Made by a program: the position numbers and the translations under genes
Source of the DNA: Bilabrum cf. latius
Taxonomy: Eukaryota
Length of the DNA: 64,000 bases
Reading direction: 5' to 3'
Assembly: GCA_965178125.1 (NCBI GenBank)
Contig: OZ237739.1
Span: forward strand, 372,001-436,000
The notes under the pieces: generated by a model
Seen by the model: the letters and a program-made list of their open reading frames with translations, nothing else
Told to the model about the DNA's origin: nothing
Database searches by the model: none
Shown here: positions 30,001-40,202 of the stretch, piece by piece
Numbering within the stretch: the stretch's first letter is position 1
Layout: each line of letters starts with the position of its first letter

Positions 30001-33000
30001 CCCTATCACCACCTCAGTGTCAAGCGATGTCGCGCCGTCCGTGGCCACACTCTAAGACACAGTCGAGCGGTCGATCGACACCACCGGACGCGCAGCGTCC
30101 ACCTCAGTGTAGTTCCGAGGCAATGCCCCGAATGCAAACACCGGAGCCTCTATCGCAGGATGCGACTGCCAGTTCACCTCGAACGACGGACGCACATTGC
30201 CGTCAATCTCCACGCCCGGAAGCAGCTCAAGCTACACCGCCACGCTTGTCACAATGCCCTCCTCCAGCAAGGACACAGTGCCCACCAGACCCCGAGACTC
30301 CAAAGCCGTAGCGAACGGTCCCGTGTCCCCGATCTGGTACTGCGTCGTCGGCACACCGTCCACAGTCGTCACCACGCTGCGCACCCGATACTCCTCCGAC
30401 GACACAGCGGCCGTCAGACCAGAGTCCACAAACTCCAGGTTGTACCCCGCATTGTCATTCGAGGCAGACCCCGCTGTGGATGTCAGCGTGTACGTGATCA
30501 GGTCATACGAGTCGCCGGATACAGGAGATCGACTCACACCCAGGCTCACCACAGGCTCCACCACAGTCATCACAGCCTGCTGACGCACATCGCCGCTGCC
30601 CACCTGCGCGCTCAGCACATCAGTCCGCAACGTGAAAGTGTCTCCAGCCTCAGGTGTGGACCCATCCACAAACGTCACATACGCCTCAAGCACCACTGTC
30701 ACCGTCTCGGCCACGGAGTTGCTGTCCGTCACCACTACCACATCGCCGAAGGTCAGCCGAACCAGATCACGGTCCGCCGCGAAGAACTCAGTCGGCACCA
30801 AAATGTCAGTCGAAGGGATGCCGGTCACCGTGAACGCGCTGTCGTTGCTCGTCGTCACCACAACATTGTCCGTGAAGTCGATGAAGTTCGCCTGCACCGA
30901 CGACACCTCCAGCCTCAGGTTCGACGAGGTGCCCTCAGGCAGAGTCATGGTCGACGTCACAAGCACGCGAGACCCTATCACCACCTCAGTGTCAAGCGAT
31001 GTCGCGCCGTCCGTGGCCACACTCTAAGACACAGTCGAGCGGTCGATCGACACCACCGGACGCGCAGCGTCCACCTCAGTGTAGTTCCGAGGCAATGCCC
31101 CGAATGCAAACACCGGAGCCTCTATCGCAGGATGCGACTGCCAGTTCACCTCGAACGACGGACGCACATCGCCGTCAATCTCCACGCCCGGAAGCAGCTC
31201 AAGCTACACCGCCACGCTTGTCACAATGCCCTCCTCCAGCAAGGACACAGTGCCCACCAGACCCCGAGACTCCAAAGCCGTAGCGAACGGTCCCGTGTCC
31301 CCGATCTGGTACTGCGTCGTCGGCACACCGTCCACAGTCGTCACCACGCTGCGCACCCGGTACTCCTCCGACGACACAGCGGCCGTCAGACCAGAGTCCA
31401 CAAACTCCAGGTTGTACCCCGCATTGTCATTCGAGGCAGACCCCGCTGTGGATGTCAGCGTGTACGTGATCAGGTCATACGAGTCGCCGGATACAGGAGA
31501 TCGACTCACACCCAGGCTCACCACAGGCTCCACCACAGTCATCACAGCCTGCTGACGCACATCGCCGCTGCCCACCTGCGCGCTCAGCACATCAGTCCGC
31601 AACGTGAAAGTGTCTCCAGCCTCAGGTGTGGACCCATCCACAAACGTCACATACGCCTCAAGCACCACTGTCACCGTCTCGGCCACGGAGTTGCTGTCCG
31701 TCACCACCACCACATCGCCGAAGGTCAGCCGAACCAGATCACGGTCCGCCGCGAAGAACTCAGTCGGCACCAAAATGTCAGTCGAAGGGATGCCAGTCAC
31801 CGTGAACGCGCTGTCGTTGCTCGTCGTCACCACAACATTGTCCGTGAAGTCGATGAAGTTCGCCTGCACCGACGACACCTCCAGCCTCAGGTTCGACGAG
31901 GTGCCCTCAGGCAGAGTCATGGTCGACGTCACAAGCACGCGAGACCCTATCACCACCTCAGTGTCAAGCGATGTCGCGCCGTCCGTGGCCACACTCTAAG
32001 ACACAGTCGAGCGGTCGATCGACACCACCGGACGCGCAGTGTCCACCTCAGTGTAGTTCCGAGGCAATGCCCCGAATGCAAACACCGGAGCCTCTATCGC
32101 AGGATGCGACTGCCAGTTCACCTCGAACGACGGACGCACATCGCCGTCAATCTCCACGCCCGGAAGCAGCTCAAGCTACACCGCCACGCTTGTCACAATG
32201 CCCTCCTCCAGCAAGGACACAGTGCCCACCAGACCCCGAGACTCCAAAGCCGTGGCAAACGGTCCCGTGTCCCCGATCTGGTACTGCGTCGTCGGCACAC
32301 CGTCCACAGTCGTCACCACGCTGCGCACCCGGTACTCCTCCGACGACACAGCGGCCGTCAGACCAGAGTCCACAAACTCCAGGTTGTACCCCGCATTGTC
32401 ATTCGAGGCAGACCCCGCTGTGGATGTCAGCGTGTACGTGATCAGGTCATACGAGTCGCCAGATACAGGAGATCGACTCACACCCAGGCTCACCACAGGC
32501 TCCACCACAGTCATCACAGCCTGCTGACGCACATCGCCGCTGCCCACCTGCGCGCTCAGCACATCAGTCCGCAACGTGAAAGTGTCTCCAGCCTCAGGTG
32601 TGGACCCATCCACAAACGTCACATACGCCTCAAGCACCACTGTCACCGTCTCGGCCACGGAGTTGCTGTCCGTCACCACCACCACATCGCCGAAGGTCAG
32701 CCGAACCAGATCACGGTCCGCCGCGAAGAACTCAGTCGGCACCAAAATGTCAGTCGAAGGGATGCCAGTCACCGTGAACGCGCTGTCGTTGCTCGTCGTC
32801 ACCACAACATTGTCCGTGAAGTCGATGAAGTTCGCCTGCACCGACGACACCTCCAGCCTCAGGTTCGACGAGGTGCCCTCAGGCAGAGTCATGGTCGACG
32901 TCACAAGCACGCGAGACCCTATCACCACCTCAGTGTCAAGCGATGTCGCGCCGTCCGTGGCCACACTCTAAGACACAGTCGAGCGGTCGATCGACACCAC

Positions 33001-36000
33001 CGGACGCGCAGTGTCCACCTCAGTGTAGTTCCGAGGCAATGCCCCGAATGCAAACACCGGAGCCTCTATCGCAGGATGCGACTGCCAGTTCACCTCGAAC
33101 GACGGACGCACATCGCCGTCAATCTCCACGCCCGGAAGCAGCTCAAGCTACACCGCCACGCTTGTCACAATGCCCTCCTCCAGCAAGGACACAGTGCCCA
33201 CCAGACCCCGAGACTCCAAAGCCGTGGCAAACGGTCCCGTGTCCCCGATCTGGTACTGCGTCGTCGGCACACCGTCCACAGTCGTCACCACGCTGCGCAC
33301 CCGGTACTCCTCCGCCGACACAGCGGCCGTCAGACCAGAGTCCACAAACTCCAGGTTGTACCCCGCATTGTCATTCGAGGCAGACCCCGCTGTGGATGTC
33401 AGCGTGTACGTGATCAGGTCATACGAGTCGCCGGATCCAGGAGATCGACTCACACCCAGGCTCAGCACTGGTTCTACTAGAGACACAGTGAAGCTGTCGG
33501 TAACGTCAGTTGGTCCAAGTATTGAGGACTCAAATCCTGCACGTACATCAAGGGAGTCGCCGGCGCCTGGCTGCGATGCTCCAGCATGCTCGACGAATCC
33601 CTCGATCAGTACAAAAACGAATACTGTTGGCACCGGGGCGGAGTCGTCAACATCGATTCTGCCGAGAGAGACAGTCACCTCCTCGTCCTAAGTGACCACG
33701 TTTAAAGATGTTGATGCAAACGAGCCAAGCGTAGTTGAGATCGCGCTGTCATTGGAGGTGGTGACGCTTATCAGGCGTGTGAACTGAAGAAAGTTCTGCG
33801 CGGATGCCAGTAGCCGAACCGCCGCACTCGAGACTCTCCCTTGGGGTATAGCGACCGATACGTTGTAAATGACCCGGGATCCAATCACAACCTCGCCATC
33901 AGATGCGGTCGCAACGTCGGTTGTTGCAACGCAAGCAATGGCTGGTTCAAGAATACTCCAGGTCGGCTGACTTGGAGGTGTGGCCACCAGGTCGACTGCA
34001 CCCCCATACTTGGCGTTTGGATGCGTCCTATATCCAACAGTGATGCTGGTGGCCTGCGATGGATCTGCTATCTCTACATCCGGGTCGAGACGGACGGAGT
34101 AGTCAACCTACGTCGCATCTGGCACGTCCAGCAGGCTGTCTGTAGCGATTAGGCCAGTAGTCTAGTAGTCCGACGCAATCACGGGGACCATAGAGTTGAT
34201 GAGCAAGCTCTCGAGGTCGTACTCGCTGGGGATGACGATGTTGGTGTCGCGGATCGTGATGTTGTAGCCAATTCCATCACTGCTGCCGGAGTGGTCCAGG
34301 TCCAGCTGAAACGGCAACACGTCTCCGGCATCCCGTTGACCAAATGCAGTGGATGCAAAGGCTGCCGTCACAGTGGGGAACTCATACGTTGTCGAAGCAA
34401 CCGTTGTAGTCGATCCTGACTCGTCGGAAGTGAGCGTCGCTCGCAGCTGCACAGTGTCCCCCCTGCTGCTCGCTGTTGAAGCCGTTCCGAAGAATTCAAA
34501 CCGGAACTTCACGACCTCTGCCACGCCGTTGTTGCTGTTCCTATTGCGCAACTGGCAAAGGTCGACCACATAAGGAGAGCTTGAAACGCTTCGCCCTGAC
34601 AGCCCGGCAATCACTCCGGTGCAGCTGCTGGACATGCCAGCGGCACTACCAGAAGCCATCGACACGCTCTCGAAGGCCCCAAGATCTACCAAGGACCCGA
34701 AGCTGAGAGCTTCAATGGTCAACTATAGGTCCGTCGTGTTGCCCTCTGGAACTGTCACGTCAACATCAACAGTGATGGTGGAACCGCTTGTGAACTTGTT
34801 CGTCGCTGTCGAGAATGGATCGGTCGTGACAGCTAGCGTAGCGCTTAGCTCGGCAATTGTGATGGAAATCTGGCTTGCAGGTGTTGCAGTGTAGCTTCTC
34901 TTGTAGTCAGGACCTGAGGCAGGTGTTGGATGTGAAGCGTAAACCAGCTGCGCGTTGGCTGTCACGCTATCACCCGCCTCCACCCCATCTACCATCTGCA
35001 GGGTGTACACGATCGTCGTGGAATCGGAAAGCCCAAGCTCGCTGATTCGTACGATCACGCCATCGCTGGCTGGCGAGTAACCGTTCGGTGAGGCCGTAGA
35101 GAACTGCTGGACGCTGTCCACTACCACCTCAATGAGCTCGTACCGAGCCCCACTACCAACAAGCTGACTGTCGCTTAGCTCTAGCTCGAAACCCCGAGAG
35201 TTTGAGTTACCTGTGTGCGATACTTCAGCAGTGACGACGACATGATCTCCCGCATCGATGAGGGTCACGTCACTCGAGCTCGTTGTCGTGATCTGCAGCT
35301 CAGGCTCAACGACGTCAAAGTTCATGTATTCGATGGTGAACGTGTTCGATGACGTAAATACCATCCGTGAGCGCAGTCGTGTGAAGTCGCCGTCTTGAGA
35401 TTCGGTACCGGCCTCATCCACGCTGGCCTCAATCACGATCGAGGCGGTCACATCGGCCGTCGGCGGGCCCGTGGCTCCTGCATCCACGGAGAGGGTGCCA
35501 AAGTCGAAATCTACCCTGTCTAGGCTCGGAGTAGAGGTTGCGTTGGATCCTATTACAAGACCACTGGACGACGAAATAGCGCTACCCATGGACTCAATGT
35601 GCGCTGACTTGATGACGAAAGCCCGGTTTGGCCGCTGGGTCAATAATCGCACGGAGAAGGGAAACCTGCCCTGGGGGAACGTGTAGGTGCCACGCATGAC
35701 CACTGTCTCACCGACCGCCAAGTCATCCCGCCCATTCTGATGTCTGTCATCACCAGTGGAGGCTAATGATGTCGAAACGATGTCGAAGGTGGAAGTGGGA
35801 CGAGCGATATCGACCGACACGGAAGGGGAGCTCACTGAGAGGACTTCAGAGAAATCCTCGTCAAAGTACGGCGCTGTGTTCCAAACCGCAGAGGACTGAA
35901 TGATCGCGCTTTGATCCGGCTCGTTCGTCGGTCTGATGATCAAGTCAATATTTGCAGTGATCGTGTCTCCGTCCTTGAAGGGCTCGTCACAGTCGTACAA

Positions 36001-39000
36001 TCGAACAATGAAGTACCCCGCGGTCGGCTCCAGTTGGTGCATGGAGCAGTTGGCGGTTTCGGCGAAGTCACCTTCCAAACTTGTCACAGTAAGGTTGGTG
36101 TAGAATCCAGCGTTATAGCTGAACGTGATGTTAAGCGGGTCCCACGCGGGCTGGTCCAAGTTCGTCGCCGAGTGAGAGATCCCGAATCGCGCCCCTACAG
36201 TGTCGTAACCCTGCAAGTTTACAAACGGCCCAGGGATCGTCGCGGTTGTGTACTGCAGGCTAGCGTCCTCGGCAACCTCAAAGCTCACAGTAGATGTGTC
36301 TGCGGTAATCCACTCGCCAGCACTGCCGCTCGGAAGATCGCGCTGAATCTCCAGAGTACCAACTAGAGCCAGGTCAGTGGGGCCAGCGTCGTCAGCCAAG
36401 CCAACAAACCGGACATCCGCTTCAAAGACAAGCTCATCGTTAGCCGACGCAACATTGTCGGCCAAGTTGGTGACCTGGTTCACGCTGATGCTCCCGACGC
36501 CAGGCAAAGCCCCATTGATGGCAGTAGCTGCTCCAGTCACCTGGAGGGATGCTCCTGCTGTAACCAGTCGCAGCGGGCTCACGACCTGGAACTAGTCCGT
36601 CACCCCAGAAAAAGCCACTGAGGTCACATTGAACCTCATGGCACCAGTCCGGCCTTCGGGCACCTGAACAGTGAACAGCGCGGTGAGGCCTTCGCCGTCC
36701 GCAACCTGAGGAGGGACCGCGCTATCCGATGTGAACGGGTTGTCTGAGCTGTCAGGCTTGAAGCTGATCTCTGCCCCTGGTGCCACCATTACAACTGACG
36801 AAGTCGAAATCTCATAGGGCTCCAGGGCAGCTTGCACAACGTAGTTCGGACCGGACGACACTGACCGGTACTCGACGATCTGGCAGGTAACGTCGAATGA
36901 CTCGAGAGAGGAGTTGCCAGACGGCTGCACCCCTGGCCCTACAGGGATGTCAAACGTAGCAATGATCACCTCCGTGGGATCACCCCCTCCAGGCACACCG
37001 ATAATCTCATCGTGAAAGATAGTAATGTTGCTAGAGGTAGCATCGGAAGTCACACGGTAGGATGACGTTGCCGTCACTGCTACCCCATCGCCGCGTGCGA
37101 AATGCACATTCATGTCTGTCTGCGGTGGGTTCACAATGCTGGACGTAGTTGATACGTTGAAGCCGTTTGGATCCAGGCCATCGCTGAACGCCTCGATCCT
37201 GGGCATCTCGCAGTTCACCACGATGTTGAGTCCCTCAAAACTACCGAGGTTGCCCACCATCACTGCGAGCGTGACCACATCGCCGGCGTCCACATTGCGA
37301 ACCGCCGTGCGAAGGCCTGCCTCCTGCGTGTCATCCACGTCAAAGGTGGTAAGGGCGGGCCAGCGATACCCTGGGCTACCAGGCGCTGTCACAAGCCCCC
37401 ATGGCGCACCAAGAAAGTCGCTAGCGCTGGTGATTGGGTGTACCAGCGGCGTGTAACCCGAGACGGTGTTCCCGGCTGCGATCAGAAGTGCCGCTGTCAC
37501 GGCCACGTCAGGGTTCAGCACCACGCTGAATACCTGCACCGAAGGCTGCGTCACCGTGCCGACCTCGTTTGACAGAGAGAACGAAGCGACCTGCAGCCCA
37601 TCGGTGATTCGAACCGATGACACTGTCATGGTGTAAAGGAATTGCACCACCACGCTCGGCGCATCGATGTCCCGGAATCCGCTGGGCCACTCAAACGTGA
37701 TTTGCTAGGAAGCCACGTTGTAAGTCACAGCAGGCAAGATGCCCGTCGCATTGTAAAAGGTGTCGTTGGGTCCGACCTTCATGCGGTCCGGAAGCGGTGG
37801 ACGCACGGTGCCCGCGTCCACCGGAAGAAAGCTCTCCGCGTTGTTGTCCCTCAAAGTGCTGATGTCAAAGATGGGGAACGGCGGCCAGATCGATGTCGTC
37901 AGACCCGCGAAGGAGTTGAACGGCAGCGTGTACAGCACGGAGTACGTGGCATTCCGCCCCGGGACCAGGTTCTCCGGCGGACATGGGAAGCACACAGCCT
38001 CGTTGATCGCGTAGAGATCATGTTCCAGCGTACCAACTACGAGCTGGATGTTGGTGCCTGCACCGTCCTGGCCTTGCCGGAAGGAGCTGCAATTCGTGTA
38101 GAAACCGGTGCCGGCCGGGCTGTGGTCGACCGCGGCAGGGTCGCACACCGTCGCCCGGACATTGTGGCCGTGCGAGATGGAGTCGGCATGCACAAGGAGC
38201 GAGCCATCCTGAGACCTACGGTTGATCTCAGCGTCATACGCGACCTGACAGGTGCTTCCGTCCAGCCGGATGGGCGCGGTGGACAGGTTACCCACAACTT
38301 CGTTGAGGAGGGCGCTCATGTCGAGCGTCACGGCGATCGACTAGTTTAGCACTCGGAAGCCTCCCGCCGGGTCAACCTCCGGGGTCGGGCTCAGCGTCAT
38401 GTGGGGCGAGGTGAAGTTCACGCTCGTGGGCGGCATCACCGGGTTGGAGTTGCCGCATTGCACGCGGAGCTCGTACGTGTCCGGGTCGATGACCGTCCCC
38501 GACGTCATGGTGATGGACACCAGCACGTCAGAATAGTTGAGGTACCCGCTGAACTCGAACGAAAAGGTGTTGGTGAATCTCACGCCCGGCACTGCCGGTC
38601 CCGCCACGACAGTGCCGGCGTACGCATCGATGGACTGCCAAGCCACATTCCGGGTGGCGTCGGCCTCATAAATCACCACTGTGTCGTTTACGTTTCCAAT
38701 AACCGTGCGGATGCCCGCCGAGATGTTGACGAACTCCACGAGGGCGCTATCAGAGAGCCTGTTGTCGTCTGCCCTGAGGGCCGGGATGCCCTCCTCGCTG
38801 TTGCCAAACTGGGGGATGAAGAGGGTCAGTGCGAAGGAGAGAGTCTGCGCAGAGCCTCCCGCGGGTGCGGTGATGTTGTCTGCCCTAATGGTGAGCACGC
38901 TGTTGTTCACAGCAATGCCTACCCAGTCCTCGACATGGATGGCGGCTGCCTGGGTGCCGCCGGCGACCGCGTCGGTGACCTCCAGTCCAGGCGGTATCAC

Positions 39001-39956
39001 CATGGTCCAGGTGATGTCCTGGGCAAAGTATCCTGGCTACAAAAGGAATTGAGCCGACACTGTGCGGAAGTGGTCTGCAGATGGCACGGCCTGCCCGTTT
39101 CCTGCCGAGCCGCCACCCGCCGTCGTGAACTCGAACACCGTCGGCTGGATAGTGGCGACTTGCGGCCAGGCCTACACGTTTGATGAAGCTGCTCCGGCAG
39201 AAAAAGAAGGGTTCGGGATGAACTCGTCCGCGCCAACGCTGGCCCGCACGGTCTAAAAACCACCTCGAAGATAAACCTGCACAGGGTCGATGTCTTCATT
39301 CAGGGTGACGCCTTGCGTCACTTCCACTGGTACAAACTCCGGTGAAACACTGATGAACAACAGGAGGTATGAATACATCTTCCAGCCGGGCGGTCCGCAC
39401 ACAGAAATCAATCCCGAGGCGTTGCTTCGAACGAACGGATGATCAATGCAACCGTCGCCCGGCGGAAAGGTCCGCACGGCCGGCGAAATCGATCCTAGCA
39501 CATACTATCCGCTTGCATCTACTGATAGAGAGTCGATGGCGATTTCGGTGTTGGACCCCATCACCTCTTCAATCCTCGTGCCGTTCGGAACCACTGCGAT
39601 CGATAAATGAACAGCAATCACGAAACCTCTTGAGAATATTTGCCCAAGAACGTTGCAAAATGCGGGAAAGGGTGGTTGAATGTCTTCATTGTCTCAAGGT
39701 AAGGCATCAAATCGGCCATTTCAGGCAATACGTGCAGCCTGCAGGTCGTCACGTCGTTCAAGCCCCGCTCCTACTCACCGAAATCGATCCATGGCTCAAA
39801 CCCGATGCTGCTGCCCACGTTATCAAACTCAAAAACGAGATCAAAGCTCGAAAAGGGTGCATGCGAACCCTAACCACTCTGAAATGTAACTTGCGGAATC
39901 GGGCTCGCGGTCGCACATGCTGCAAGCAGAGCAGCGCTCAATGCGCCCAGTTGCAT
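1..39956 (-). CDS. Giant secreted, membrane-anchored adhesin-like protein 1 (>13,200 aa; C-terminus runs off the left edge): signal peptide, long Ig-like repeat array, EGF-like, 2x TSP1, multi-pass TM domain; requires TAG=Gln
   Basis: ATG at 39956 gives MQLGALSAALLAACATA-SPIP (signal-peptide-like). Exon 1 is 39956-39779, a GT-AG intron spans 39778-39594, and exon 2 runs from 39593 to <1. The main minus-strand ORF-track fragments from 39501 down to 3348 all share one frame. Every break I inspected (about 70) is a TAG, with sensible sequence continuing on both sides. The frame stays open to position 1. Confidence 0.88.
800..3265 (-). other. Multi-pass transmembrane region of giant gene 1 (~9 hydrophobic helices split by a ~400 aa charged K/R/D/E-rich loop)
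   Basis: Hydrophobic stretches include AIIMLTVIIAIVFAVLLALYLVF, IFMITAFVLWAFLLAAPLF, YLMFFVLFIILTIFAMFVISF, IFVFVAYVILLILPVPMLIIFMQIW, ITGVFFSAVALILFIPTLAWGL, FVLMLAAAMVTVVWCGVIL, LLAAIIIGTLALTALAIATWL, LPIVIAAIIAWLLLITHVAI and VIVILATLIWVSAGVAITVYW. Confidence 0.75.
3370..3985 (-). other. EGF-like repeats plus two thrombospondin type-1 (spondin-type) repeats in giant gene 1
   Basis: EGF-like: CSGNGGC...CECAPGWTGPSC and CNGNGVC...CECDPGF. TSP1: CQVSAWGGWGECSLECGNGTQIRTR and DCVVGNWTAYGNCSAECDGGNQNRTR. Confidence 0.9.
11165..14927. repeat. Displaced ~1.3 copies of the 2940-bp (980 aa) coding repeat unit of gene 1
   Basis: Sequence from 11165 recurs at 14105 (+2940). Segment 12103-14927 matches the copy starting at 17992 (offset 5889) almost base for base. 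Confidence 0.9.
17050..25728. repeat. Tandem coding repeat, period 2940 bp (980 aa), ~3 near-identical copies
   Basis: Matching ORF fragments and TAGs recur at 17992/20932/23872, 18409/21349/24289 and 19279/22219/25159. Confidence 0.95.
27164..33464. repeat. Tandem coding repeat, period 972 bp (324 aa), ~6.5 near-identical copies
   Basis: Equivalent TAGs at 27316, 28288, 29260, 30232, 31204, 32176 and 33148, an exact 972 spacing, with only scattered substitutions. Confidence 0.96.
39594..39778 (-). other. Spliceosomal intron (185 nt, phase 1) of giant gene 1
   Basis: Donor TTCG|GTGAGT and acceptor TTCATTTATCGATCGCAG|TG. Splicing restores ...EPWIDFVVPNGT... in frame with the 39501 ORF. Confidence 0.8.
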
Positions 39957-40202
39957 TCTTCGTCAAGCTTTCTGGATTAATCAAGTTGTTTTGGTAGCAC
40001 TCGGCGCAAAAAAAACTAGCAGAAGTCGCTTTGATCAGTACTACGGGCTATGAAAGAACCGGCTGCGTAGTTACCGAGGGAAACGAGAGAGAGAACCAAG
40101 TTGTGCACCACACTTGGTCGCAACTGATCGCAATTGAGCAGTGCTAAATATGTATTTGAAATACGCAGCCTCCGCTCCATAACTCCAACAGATATCCACA
40201 TT
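39957..40202. promoter_or_regulatory. Short AT-richer intergenic region between divergent genes (giant gene 1 / GH78); candidate bidirectional promoter
   Basis: Head-to-head ATGs at 39956 (-) and 40203 (+), with lower GC and an A-tract near 40010. No specific motif recognised. Confidence 0.4.

Noticed and set aside
11165-33464. Repeats as transposons, satellites or CRISPR
   Set aside because: The units are in-frame protein-coding modules of 972 and 2940 bp with no terminal repeats, transposase or spacer structure.
29188-33480. 1430-aa His/Arg-rich plus-strand ORF
   Set aside because: It is an antisense shadow of the GTG-rich 972-bp coding repeats. One stop-free unit repeated gives a long ORF, and it has no protein-like features.
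1-39956. Interpretation as a pseudogene or as many small separate genes
   Set aside because: All inspected interruptions are the same codon (TAG) in one frame with no frameshifts over ~39 kb, and housekeeping genes show the same pattern.
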